Shown here piece by piece: positions 45,200 to 56,514 of a stretch of 64,000 nt of DNA. This DNA is from Phyllobates terribilis. Lineage: Eukaryota. Below the pieces are notes generated by a model, which worked only from the letters and a program-made list of their open reading frames with translations, was not told the origin of the DNA and did no database searches. The position numbers were made by a program, and so were the translations under genes. How positions within the stretch are numbered: position 1 is the stretch's first letter; the number at the start of each line of letters is the position of its first letter. Where the stretch lies: assembly GCF_046119375.1 (NCBI RefSeq), contig NW_027362771.1:590364001-590428000 (forward strand). The letters are read 5' to 3'.

Positions 45200-47989
45200 A
45201 TGGGAGGAAGAGAAACCAATCACAAACTAAAATGTTTTTATACAAATGCACAAAGCATGGGCAACAAACAAGGAGAATTGGAACTACTAACGCAGGAAAA
45301 GGAATATGATGTCATTGGAATCACTGAAACTTGGTGGGACGATACACATGATTGGAATAAAAGGCTAAAAGGATACAACTTATTTGCAAGAAACAGACTT
45401 GATAAACGAGGAGGAGGTGTTGCATTGTATGTTAGAAAAGCGTATATCTGCACAGAGATTGAAGCTTCAGAGACTGGGAGTTCTGTGGAAACTGTTTGGG
45501 TAAGAATACAAGGAGAGAACAACGGAAAGGACACCATTGTAGGCATTTACTACAGGCCACCTGGGCAAGCTGAAGATATGGATGAACTCTTTATGTATCA
45601 AATGACCAAGTTCTCCAAAAAATATGACGTAGTGGTCATGGGAGATTTCAACTATCCAGACATTTGTTGGGAATCTCTCTCAAGTAAAACTAACAGGTCA
45701 AGCAAATTCTTATCCTCTCTTGCTGACAACTTTATCTTCCAAAAGGTAGGGGAGAAAACAAGGGGATCTGCTACTTTGGATCTAATCCTTATAAACAGGG
45801 AGGAAATGGTTGAGGAGGTAAAGGTGGCTGGGACCCTAGGAGGCAGCAATCATGCTATTATAGAATTTTGGATAAATAGAGGAGGAAGACATGTGAAGAC
45901 TCAAACTTCAAGGTTAGATTTTAGAAAGGCAGATTTTAAGAGACTCAGAAAGAGAATAGGAGGGATCCAATGGCTGGATGTCCTTAAGGACAAAAATGTC
46001 CAGGAGGGATGGGAAATTTTTAAAAATGAGATTCTCAAAGCACAATCGTTAACAATCCCGAAAAGTAGGAAGAATGGGAAGCATTTAAGGAAACCAGGAT
46101 GGATGAACACAGAGCTTAAACACATGCTAAAAAGAAAGAAAGAAATGTTTATTAAATGGAAAAAGGGAGGCATATCTAAAGAAGATTATAATGCAGTCTG
46201 CAGATCCTGTAGGGCACGTATCAGGTTAGCTAAAGCTGACAATGAATTAAGGCTTGCAAGAGATGTCAAAAGCAATAAAAAAGGATTTTGGGGGTATGTC
46301 AAAAGTAAAAGAAAAGTCAAAGATGCTATAGGATTTTTACAAGATGAAAATGGAGAAATGGTAAGAGAGGATGTTGAGAAGGCCAAACTTTTTAATTCCT
46401 ATTTTGCATCTGTTTTCTCTCAGAATGAAAATGTAACATCAACTGATCTTCACTGTCCTTTTAAAGGAATAGAGGAATCCAAGTTATCTGTAAACAGAAA
46501 GATTGTGAGGGAATATTTAGCTAACATAAATGAGTTCAAGTCTCCAGGTCCAGATGAATTACACCCCAGAGTACTGAAGGAGATCGTAGAAGAAATTTTA
46601 GAACCACTCTCCATAATCTTTGAAAATTCTTGGAGAACAGGAGAAGTCCCAGAAGACTGGAGAAGAGCAAATGTTGTTCCTATCTTCAAAAAGGGGAAGA
46701 AGGTGGACCCAGGGAACTATAGGCCGGTGAGTCTGACTTCTATACCAGGAAAGATCTTTGAACAAATTATTAAACAACATGTATGTAAGTACATGGATAA
46801 GAATGAAGTGATTAACCAGAGTCAGCATGGGTTTGTAACTAACAAGTCATGTCAGACTAACTTAATTTCCTTCTATGACAGAATCACTGACTGGGTGGAT
46901 CAGGGAAATGCTGTAGATATAGTATATCTTGACTTCAGCAAAGCATTTGACAAAGTATCTCACACCATCCTTATTGAAAAAATGACCAAGTATGCAATGG
47001 ACCAGGCAACTGTTAGGTGGATTCATAACTGGCTTAGTGATCGGACTCAAAGGGTGGTTGTAAATGGCTTCACATCCAGCTGGATGAATGTCTCAAGTGG
47101 GGTACCACAGGGCTCCGTCCTGGGACCTGTATTGTTCAACATCTTTATCAATGATTTAGATGAAGGAATTGAGGGTAAACTGATTAAATTTGCTGATGAC
47201 ACAAAGCTAGGAGGGATAGCTAATACTAGAGAAGAGAGAGAGAGGATTCAAAAAGACCTAAATAAACTGGAGCAGTGGGCAGCAACCAACAGAATGGTTT
47301 TTAACAGGGAAAAATGCAAAGTACTACATCTGGGCAATAAAAATGAAAAAAGCATATACAGAATGGGAGGAATAGAGCTAAGCAACAGTACATGTGAAAA
47401 AGACTTAGGTATACTAATAGATCATAGACTGAACATGAGTCAACAGTGTGATGCAGCAGCAAAAAAGGCAAATACAATTCTGGGATGTATTAACAGAAGC
47501 ATACAGTCTAGATCACGTGAAGTCATTATCGGTCTTTACTCCTCTTTGGTCAGACCTCATCTGGAATACTGTGTACAGTTTTGGGCACCACATTTTAAAA
47601 AAGACATAGACAAACTGGAGCAAGTTCAGAGAAGAGCGACCAGAATGGTGACTGGTCTGCAAACCATGTCCTATGAGGAACGGTTGCAGGATTTGGGAAT
47701 GTTTAGCTTGCAAAAAAGAAGACTGAGAGGAGACTTAATAGCTGTCTACAAATATGTCAAGGGCTGTCACATTGTAGAAGGATCATCTTTATTCTCATTT
47801 GCACAAGGAAAGACTAGAAGCAACGGGATGAAACTAAATGGGAGGAGACACAGATTAGATATTAGAAAAAACTTTTTGACAGTTAGGGTGATTAATAAGT
47901 GGAACAGGCTGCCACGAGAGGTGGTGAGTTCCCCTTCAATGGACGTCTTCAAACAGAGGCTGGACAGACATCTGTCTGAGATGATCTAG
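45200..47989 (+). CDS. CR1 ORF2, 929 aa, open, with the endonuclease SDH motif changed to SNH
   Basis: Same motifs as 11759-14548; GGSNHA here versus GGSDHA in copy 1. Confidence 0.97.
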   Translation: MGGRETNHKLKCFYTNAQSMGNKQGELELLTQEKEYDVIGITETWWDDTHDWNKRLKGYNLFARNRLDKRGGGVALYVRKAYICTEIEASETGSSVETVWVRIQGENNGKDTIVGIYYRPPGQAEDMDELFMYQMTKFSKKYDVVVMGDFNYPDICWESLSSKTNRSSKFLSSLADNFIFQKVGEKTRGSATLDLILINREEMVEEVKVAGTLGGSNHAIIEFWINRGGRHVKTQTSRLDFRKADFKRLRKRIGGIQWLDVLKDKNVQEGWEIFKNEILKAQSLTIPKSRKNGKHLRKPGWMNTELKHMLKRKKEMFIKWKKGGISKEDYNAVCRSCRARIRLAKADNELRLARDVKSNKKGFWGYVKSKRKVKDAIGFLQDENGEMVREDVEKAKLFNSYFASVFSQNENVTSTDLHCPFKGIEESKLSVNRKIVREYLANINEFKSPGPDELHPRVLKEIVEEILEPLSIIFENSWRTGEVPEDWRRANVVPIFKKGKKVDPGNYRPVSLTSIPGKIFEQIIKQHVCKYMDKNEVINQSQHGFVTNKSCQTNLISFYDRITDWVDQGNAVDIVYLDFSKAFDKVSHTILIEKMTKYAMDQATVRWIHNWLSDRTQRVVVNGFTSSWMNVSSGVPQGSVLGPVLFNIFINDLDEGIEGKLIKFADDTKLGGIANTREERERIQKDLNKLEQWAATNRMVFNREKCKVLHLGNKNEKSIYRMGGIELSNSTCEKDLGILIDHRLNMSQQCDAAAKKANTILGCINRSIQSRSREVIIGLYSSLVRPHLEYCVQFWAPHFKKDIDKLEQVQRRATRMVTGLQTMSYEERLQDLGMFSLQKRRLRGDLIAVYKYVKGCHIVEGSSLFSFAQGKTRSNGMKLNGRRHRLDIRKNFLTVRVINKWNRLPREVVSSPSMDVFKQRLDRHLSEMI

Positions 47990-49399
47990 TGAATCCTGCT
48001 TTGAGCAGAGGGTTGGACCAGATGACCTAGGAGGTCCCTTCCAACTCTACCATTCTATGATTCTATGATTCTATGAGAAACCGGAGGCTGCAGCACTTTA
48101 TGTACCGTTAGCCAAAAGTCCACACCAGTCTCACTAAGAAGGTAGCCACATAGGACCCAGGGGACTGAACATACGTCGCCCGCCAAGGCCCGCGGGTACC
48201 GGATTGGAGTCACTAGGTGTGAGGTCCAGGGAAGAGACTAGTGAAAGGACACACTGAAGGGGGTCCTGCTAAGTACTCCGGAGCTACCTGGGGGTGGACT
48301 GAGCCCCTCACTGAGTAAACACAGGACGACGTGGGAAGTTGTAATCTGCAGCGATGACTTGGAATGAAACAACTGTGAGTAAAGTACCTGAAACTGCATC
48401 CCATTGACTCCGTGTTTATTACTGACTCCCTGCACAATCACCACCATCATCCACACACACTGCCCTGAAGCTACACTCTTCCTGTGGGGAGTTATACCAC
48501 CCTTGCTGCCAAACCATCAGCTTCAGAGGACTGTTCCGCAGCGGCGACCTCCATTAGCCGCACTCCACAGGTGGCGTAGTCGGACATTATAAAACCCATA
48601 TATACAAATTCCCCTTGGATTGACCGCCCTGGGTCACGTACCGGGTCACCGCCACAGTGACTACAACCCCAGGGGGCGCGTCACTTCCAACTCAACGAGT
48701 TTCTGGAATTTGTCCAAAAAAAAAACGAAGGATTGAGATTATAGGGGATATAGAAAAAAAGACATTTGAGTTTCAAAGGATGAAGTGGGGGGTTAAATGT
48801 ACATACTTCATCCTTATGACCCTCTAATGAGGGTCCTGTCAGCTCCAGGAAAAGAGACAATATGAACCAGCCTATAGATTGTCGTTATCATCTGTCATCC
48901 TATTATTCACATCATGCACTGATATATTACTCTCTTGCAATGAGTCTGAAATGTCACATTCCAGACTGCGCTTCGTCTCTGTCAGGTTTCACTTCTATAA
49001 TTGTCCTGTTAAGATCACAAAGGCATGTCGGAGCAAAGGACAAAACACAAGCCCATAGTGATCATTGCTCAGAATGTAATGTTTTGGCAGATTTTTTTAC
49101 GATGGAGCCCCTTTGGGGCAAATGTGTCTAAGACAATCATCCAAACATTTTTACAGTTAAGGAATTTTAATCTCAAGTTGGAAAATTAACCTGATCTATG
49201 TCATAAACTGAACAAGTGGAGGTGGTGTGCCCCTTAAATATATATAGGATACAGTGGTCCTTCCTTGGTGGGAGAGTGGAGAAGAAAATTCCTGAACAGT
49301 TTTACTAACCTGGGACAAGCTACACTTACAGCAGGACGGGCTGGAGATTTCTGCCTTGCAACTCCGTGTGTCTCAATTTAGCCCCAGTTTAGCACATTA

Positions 49400-50050
49400 T
49401 ACTACTCAACCCCATATTGTGCTACTCACACCCACTACTAGCTAGCTATAATACACCAACTTTCTCTGTTGGGCACCAAAGATCTCCACCTTTTTTGCCC
49501 AGCTGCTCCACTACTCACTGACCCCCACTACTAGCTAGCTATAATAAAACAACTTTCTCTATTTGATACCACAGATCACCACCTTTTTGCCCAGCTGCTC
49601 CACTACTCACTCACCCCTACTACTAGCTAGCTAGAATAAAACAACTTTCTCTATTTGATACCACAGATCACCACCTTTTTGCCCAGCTGCTCCACTACTC
49701 ACTCACCCCCACTACTAGCTAGCTAGAATAAAACAACTTTCTCTGCTGAGCACCACAGATCTCCAACTTTTTTGTCCGGTTGCTCCACTACTCACCCCCA
49801 GTACTAGCTAGCTATAATACACCAACTTTCTCTATTGAGTACCACAGATCTCTAACTTTTTTTCCCGGCTGCTCCACTACTGACCCCTACTACTAGCTAG
49901 CTATAATACCCCAATTCTCTCTGCTGTACAGCATCGATTTCAACCTTTTTGCCCAGCTGCTCCACTACTCATCCCCACTATTAACTAGCTATAATGCAGC
50001 AATGTTATCTGCTGGGTACTATGGTTCTCCAACTTTCTGCCCAGCTGCTC
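49400..50050. repeat. ~92-bp tandem repeat, about 7 copies
   Basis: gcccagctgctcc at 49497, 49589, 49681. Confidence 0.88.
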
Positions 50051-50190
50051 CACCTGTGTGTCTGACATCTACCTGTTGGAAACCGAAACTTATATGGTCT
50101 CTGTGATACTTGGGTGATCTTATGGCACTGACTCCATGCTGCTTGCAGACTTTACCATATCATCAGCAACACAAAGAGTGCATTTACTCT

Positions 50191-50361
50191 TTAAAGGGGT
50201 TGTCCAGGTTTGTGATGAATGTTTGCAAATCACATATTTGCGCTCCCATGACAGCCCAACCTTGCCACCGGGACCAGGGCATCCTACCAGCGTGTGGTGA
50301 AGATTTAAAAGTCTGCAGTCATAGCAGACTTTCATTACAAAGCCTGGACAACCTATTTTAA
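50191..50361. mobile_element. TTAA-flanked T2/Kolobok-like MITE
   Basis: TTAAAGGGGTTGTCCAGG..CCTGGACAACCTATTTTAA. Confidence 0.75.
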
Positions 50362-51968
50362 GTACGCAAGAAAACCCTCGTTCCTCATATATGGCACTTT
50401 AGACACTATACATATCACTGTTGCCCATTACTCGGTCTCTCAGCTCTGTGTCCCTGCTGTGTTGCACATGTAATAGGATTTGCAAATTCTACTGTACTGT
50501 CCCTTTAAAACAAACACCACCAGTACAACAGAGAGAGAGAGGAATAAACTAGTAATGTTTGGGGGGTCAAGGAGGTGATGAGTGGGCACAATCTGTGAAT
50601 CTGTTCTATTCAGTCTTTTCTAATGGGGGGTTTCCTATTTTGGGAAGTTCCTGTCCCCAGTCCGCAGTTTGTTTTTAAAAAAACAACAACTTTACTTTAT
50701 TCCCCCTCCCCAGGTCCAGCACTGCCCCTAGTGTCTGTTATCGTCTGCAACTCTGATATCACATCAACAGCGCTGCAGACAATCAGTGATCTCAGCAGCT
50801 CCGAGCGGATCGTGCTGATAACTTAGACAGAGCCACTGAGCTCAGTGACTGGCTGCAGCGCTGTCAATGTGATGTCAGCGCTGCAGACAATAACAGACAC
50901 TGAGAGAAGTGGCAGAGACTGTCTGGAGTGTTCCTTTAACAAGAAGAATTCCCCAATGATCTAGAGACTTGTGATTTTTCTCCTTATCATTTCTTAAGGA
51001 AGTGAAGACAATGAGAAAAGCTTACTAATCATAGCGACGTTACACTTGTGAGTAACACCATCACGGTTATATCCAGGGTGGAGGAGGAAGAGTGCAATCT
51101 TTGGACATTTCTGTGGGGGCAAAAAGAGAGGAAGAGGAGTTGTTTTTAAAGCATTCACTGTGGGAGGAAACAAATAGAATAAATTAATTATTGGGGTCAT
51201 TATGATTGTGATGAGACCAGATTTATACTGTTTTTGTGTTTTTTTATATATATGTATATATTTTTTGGCTACTTTTTAAAAGTAAAAATCGTAAAAAAAA
51301 AATAAAAATGCCATTTGTGCAATATATCGTGTTCAACTTTATTTTTCGAATGTTGGAGCCGTGTCAGGACTTTTTTTTTTCTATACCATACACACTTTTA
51401 CAGATATGGTATTATTATTTTATTGTATAGATATAAATTTTTATAGATATACAGTTGTGCTCAAAAGTTTACATACCCCGGCGTAGAACCATCACAAGGA
51501 GGAAATGGACAGCATGTGACTTAAATATAAGTGTCTGAGCAAAGGGTCTGAATACTTATGACCATGTGACATTTCAGTTTTTCTTTTTTCCTTTTTGCAA
51601 AAATTTCTACATTTCTGTTTTTTTTTCAGTCAAGATGGGGCAGAGTGTACTTTAATGAGAAAAAAAATGAACTTTTTAGAATTTACCAAATGGCTGCAAT
51701 GAAACAAAGAGTGAAAAATGTAAAGGGGTCTGAATACTTTCCGTACCAACTGTAGATTGGTAAACTTGTTATGGCGTGATCGATTCACTGTGACTCCCCT
51801 GTATGGCGGTGCGCCGTTATTTTCTTACATTCCTGATAGAGGATTATTCTCCCTCGTTGATAGTAGGCATTGACCGGTACAGGATGGAGGATGCTCACAG
51901 ATTGGTTACTGGGAACTTTTCAACATTGTGTCAGTGAATGGAGACTTTCTTGTTTGCAGTTCGTAGTA

Positions 51969-53354
51969 CAGTGCCGGCAAAAAAAATCTTTACAAGTTCA
52001 ATGAAACCACAAAATCTTAATATTCAAGTGGATTCATGTGTTTTATTGTGGATATTTTATTACAATTAGTATTTTGTCATGTCACCCTTACATTTTATCA
52101 CCATCTGCAGTCGTTTTGGCATGGATTCATCAAGGCTGGCTAAGTATGTGGAGTCCATGTTTACCCACAGTGTCTTCAGCACCTCCTTTAGATTGTTGAT
52201 GATGCTGGGTCGTGTCTCTTGAACCTTGTTTTTCATTAAATTCCAGGCATTTTCTACGGGGTTAAGGTCAGGGGAATTACCTGGCCACTCTAAAATCTTA
52301 ATGTTATGGTCACTGAGAAACTTTCTCACGGCCTTGGCTTTGTGGACAGGGGCTCTATCATGCATAAAGTAATCACACTGATGTATGACCCAAAAAGTAA
52401 GCAGGTGTTCTTCCAAAACAGTAATATAATTGCTTGCTTTCATAGTTACAATCTTGGGAAGGAAGTACAAACCTGCCCTGCCCATGCTTCCACTGAATGC
52501 ACCCCACACCATCACACTGTCAGGGTGTTTAACAGTCTTAACTGTATATTTTGGGTCATAACGTGACACTGTACTCGGACGACGCACAACCTTTGAGCCT
52601 CCCCTGACCGGCCTGAAAGTGCTCTCATCACTAAACATCACTTTCTTCCACTCTTCAGATGTCCAATCTTGATATTTCTTACAAAAGGCAAGCCTTTTCT
52701 TCTTCATTGCTGCTGTGAGCAGGGGCTTCTTTGCGGCACGGCAACTTGGTAGACCCAGGTCCTTCTGCAGGCGGTGACGAATTGTCCTAGTTGCGATGTT
52801 CTGGAGGAGCATAGGGTACTTGTTTTTTATTTCAACGGCAGTTATAGAAGGATGTGACATCACATCACGCTCCAGAAGCTTATCAGTCCTTGGTGAAGTC
52901 TTCTTAGGTGCGCCAGAACCTGACTTCCTCTGCGGTACCATCCCAGGAGGCAATGATGCCGCCGACCGCTTCAGTTGATAAATTGCTTCTCTTGACACTC
53001 CCAGATCTCTAGCTACAGCAATCACCGAATCCCCCTTCTCGAGCAGAGTCAAGGCACGGGATTTCTCATCCATTTTAAGCTTCTTTCGACCCATTGTGGG
53101 AGATAATATAAAACTGAGGGAGATAATAAAAGACTGCCTAATAGCAAAACTGGCTGAGCTGCACATAACAACCAATCAGAGTGCAGCTTTCGCTTTACCA
53201 GAGAAGTGAAAACTGAGCGTTGATTGGTTGATATTTGCAACAAAGCCAGCTTTAATATTAGACAGTTTTTTATTATCTCCCCCATTGTGTACACTTTTAA
53301 AAAGTGAAATTATGATGTGGATTTTATATGTAAAGATTTTTTTTGCCGGCACTG
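51969..53354 (-). mobile_element. Tc1-family transposon with short (~26 bp) TIRs, 1386 bp
   Basis: TA TSDs; TIR CAGTGCCGGCAAAAAAAATCTTTACA at both ends. Confidence 0.95.
52066..53094 (-). CDS. Intact DD34E transposase, 342 aa
   Basis: MGRKKLK.., paired-like HTHs, GAPKKT, FSDEST, FMHDRAPVH-x-SPDLNPVE (34 residues from D to E); no stops. Confidence 0.93.
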   Translation of the reverse strand: MGRKKLKMDEKSRALTLLEKGDSVIAVARDLGVSREAIYQLKRSAASLPPGMVPQRKSGSGAPKKTSPRTDKLLERDVMSHPSITAVEIKNKYPMLLQNIATRTIRHRLQKDLGLPSCRAAKKPLLTAAMKKKRLAFCKKYQDWTSEEWKKVMFSDESTFRPVRGGSKVVRRPSTVSRYDPKYTVKTVKHPDSVMVWGAFSGSMGRAGLYFLPKIVTMKASNYITVLEEHLLTFWVIHQCDYFMHDRAPVHKAKAVRKFLSDHNIKILEWPGNSPDLNPVENAWNLMKNKVQETRPSIINNLKEVLKTLWVNMDSTYLASLDESMPKRLQMVIKCKGDMTKY

Positions 53355-53469
53355 TAGCTTGTTACAAAGTATCAGTGCAGGTAAATTATACTAACCTATT
53401 AAACTGGATAGAATTGTGAGCATGCCCGACATGCTGAGGCGTATGAGGGCTATTTGTGTTCTCAATCAG

Positions 53470-53817
53470 TGGAAATGTGAAGGATAGAATTGCTGATTAC
53501 ACAATGATAACAAACTGTAGGTGTCATAATTTGAAGACCATTTTGGTAATGAGCCATGAGAAACAAATTACAGACGATTTGTAGTTACAAAACAAAGCAC
53601 TCGGATCCCGTAAATGTGGGCAGTATAAAGCCTGTAAAATCATGCAACTATGAAACAGCTTCAAAATCTTATTGATTTAAGGAATTCTTCCTCTAAATGG
53701 TTTATCACCAACACGACCTCTGGTGCAATCTTCATAGCGATGTGTAAAACCTCCCACAACCTGCGAGAAGGATCCTCCAACACAATAATTCTATGGAAAA
53801 CCAATTGGATGCAGCAC
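53470..53817 (+). mobile_element. Penelope-like remnant related to 38960-39760
   Basis: Colinear similarity (gaattgctgattac..aaacaaagcactc.gatccc..gcaactatgaaacag; ccaattggatgca). Confidence 0.65.
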
Positions 53818-54931
53818 TGTAACGTGGCGCAGGGCGGTAGTCATGGGCGAGGTACTGTTTTCTTACGCCCCGGCACATGACATGAAGGTGGGGGGTCCGA
53901 CTGGATGTGCGGGCTTGTGCAGTGAGGGAGCTATGCCTGTGCCGACCACATGTAACCGATGTTGCTGGTTGGCCAGGACCAGATGTTTGACAGTTCAATG
54001 AGGGAGACTGCCAGTTTAAAAAGAACTTTTTACTGAACATTACCTTGGGGAGGGTATTATACAGTAGATAGCGGGTACATACAGTTGAAACCAGAAGTTT
54101 ACATCCACTATATAAAAAGACACATCTGCATGTTTTCTCAATATCTGACATGAAATCAGAATAAACCTTTCCCGTTTTAGGTCAATTAGGATTACCATCA
54201 TTTTTAATATTTGCCAAATGCCAGAATAATGAGAGAGAGAGAATGTTTTAAGGCATTTTTATTACTTACTGCAAAGTCAAAAGTTTACATACATTTCATT
54301 ATTATTAGGTACCATTGCCCTTAAACTGAATGACTTGGGTCACACGTTTGGGATCTCCTTCCACAAGCTTCTCACAATAGTTGGTTGGAATTTGGGCCCA
54401 TTCCTCCTGACAGAACTGGTGTAACTGATCCAGATTTGTAGGTCGTCTTGCTCGCACCTGCATTTTCAGCTTCGCCCATAAATTTTCAATAGGATTGAGA
54501 TCAGGGCTTTGTTATGGCCACTCCAAAACATTGACTTTGTTATCCTTAAGCTACTTTGTTACCATTTTGGCAGTATGTTTCGGGTCATTGTCCATTTGGA
54601 AGACTTATTTCCACCCAAGCTTTAACTTCCTGGCTGATGTCTCGAGATGTTGCTTCAGTATTGCCACATAATCTTCTTTTCTCATGACGCCATCTATTTT
54701 GTGAAGTGCACCAGTCCCTCCTACAGCAAAACAACCTCACAACATGATGCTGCCACCCCCATGTTTCACAGCTGGGATGGTGTTCTTAGGCTTCCGAGCT
54801 TCTTCTTTTTTCCTCCAAACGTAACAATAGTCATTATGCCAAAAAAGTTCAATTTTAGTTTCATCAGACCACAGGACATGTCTCCAAAAATTAAGGTCTT
54901 TGTTCCTGTGTGCATTTGCAAACATTAATCT

Positions 54932-55451
54932 TGTCGGGGTAAAAGAGAATATATATTTTTGTAACTTTTATACTTTTGTAACTTTTATAAGTTTTTTTGC
55001 TAATGTACTAACCACCATTTTGTGTCTTATAACAATAAGCTTTCCTTGCTACGTATTACTCAAATCGAAATTTAAACTAAGACAGTTCCAGTGTTGCCAA
55101 GACTTATTTCAGAGAAACGAAACAAGATTATAAGCTGACGGCTGCAATATCTGCCCAGAGACTGAGATAAGGAGATGTGGACCAATCAGGAGTGGCCAGA
55201 CACTGGACTTTCATGGCTTACCCCGCCCCGGACAACCCCTTTCCCCTCCCCATTATGTAGTGTATTTAGGTTTGTGTATGTAGGAATAAACACAGAACAT
55301 TGCTGAGAACGTTGTCTGTAGTAGTCTTTTGAGCGTGCTCTGAGTTTGAACCAGCTTGTTGTCTGACTCATTCTTTGAATGGTTGACCCATGCTCATAGT
55401 TTGAATTTGGAGTGACTGGAGGACGAGTGGAATGTCATCACGACCCTCACA
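54932..55451 (+). repeat. ERV 5' LTR
   Basis: TGTCGG..CTCACA; CCAAT 55182-86, GC box 55221-29, AATAAA 55285-90. Confidence 0.96.
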
Positions 55452-55453
55452 AA

Positions 55454-55471
55454 TGGCGCCCAACGTGGGGC
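55454..55471 (+). promoter_or_regulatory. Primer binding site, tRNA-Lys1,2 (CUU)
   Basis: TGGCGCCCAACGTGGGGC, the canonical Lys1,2 PBS, 2 nt after the LTR. Confidence 0.95.
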
Positions 55472-55871
55472 GTGGCTAGCGGTACGCCGCTTTCCCGGAC
55501 CCATATCGCTGATTTCCCTGGTGGTGACCGCGGTGGCTGAATTTGAGGCCTGATCAACCTCCATCGAACACGGTAAGTTGAGATGTATTTTATATGTCTC
55601 ACTTGCCTGTGTGTGTCAGCCGCAGTGGTTCCTGTTGGGTTGTCAGGTTGGATCTGTGTGGGTGATCGGTCGAGTGGTGAGACCTCAGGCGTCCCGCACC
55701 ACGTCCTGAACCAGCAAGTGTTAAAACGAGTGACGTCGCATGCCTGCGCGTGCTCGTGTGAACACCATCTCCTCCTCCTCCGGTCACTGAACTCTCTTTA
55801 GATAGCTGCCTCCCGTAACTGATAGTCGAGGTTTCAAAGCATTCCTGAATTGTAGTGTAAGGGAGAAAGAA

Positions 55872-56197
55872 TCTGTGACGAATTGAGGTGTACTCTTCGT
55901 CTTATACAGAGAAACCTCATAAGGAGGTGTTGTGCTGTCAGAATCTGTGACGAATTGAGGAGTGCTCTTCGTCTAACACAGAGACTGCTGTAAAGTCAAG
56001 GTTAGGAAACAGTGTATTGAGGTGTCTCTACACTGTCGGGTGGTGCCGTGGTAGGAAAGGAGATAGATTGAGGTGTCTCTCTATCTCATCAGTGTATTGA
56101 GGTGTCTCTACACTGTCGGGTGGTGCCGTGGTAGGAAAGGAGATAGATTGAGGTGTCTCTCTATCTCATCAGTGTATTGAGGTGTGCTCTACACTGA
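55872..56197 (+). promoter_or_regulatory. Array of seven bulged RNA hairpins (stem-A-UU-GAG-loop-CUC-U-stem) in the ERV leader
   Basis: Each pairing checked by eye; three different lower stems keep pairing. Confidence 0.75.
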
Positions 56198-56514
56198 GGA
56201 GTGGCGACCTGTGGACTGCACCAGTGATCTGAGTCGCGACAGATCATTGCATTCTATAAGAAAATGTTGCGTATATTCAAATTTGAAAGATCTCGTAAGT
56301 TGCGGAATGCTGCTGTGGGAGTTAAGCCAATTAGTGGAGTTACGGGAAGGCAAGAAGGCAAGAAGAATGTTAGGAATTTGTATAACATGATAAGCTTATC
56401 CAGTACAGGCAGGCTTTAGTTTTCAGTGTAGAAAGAATGTGTTACACAGAAATTGGGAAAGCTGGGTGAGGACTTCTGCACCAGGCTCAAGCACATCTTA
56501 GAGTAGCGAGTGAT

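Larger units (their letters stand above)
44179..48074 (+). mobile_element. Near-full-length CR1 LINE (copy 2), 5'-truncated inside the ORF1 zinc finger
   Basis: ORF1 plus ORF2 plus (ATTCTATG)n tail; probable TSD GAGAA (44174-78 and 48075-79); shared region nearly identical to copy 1. Confidence 0.96.
43629..48683 (+). mobile_element. Solo LTR of the TGTGGCGC family, containing CR1 copy 2
   Basis: TG..CA; 4-bp TSD CTTC (43625-28 and 48684-87); start similar to 15855 and to 26904 (minus). Confidence 0.85.

Noticed and set aside
55454-55471. Lys1,2 PBS in a class I-like ERV as a novelty
   Set aside because: Lys primers are widespread among retroviruses and PBS type is a poor lineage marker.
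56041-56130. TGGTGCCGTG (start of a tRNA-His PBS) twice in the ERV leader
   Set aside because: Only 10 nt, duplicated by the 80-bp tandem repeat, and far from the LTR.
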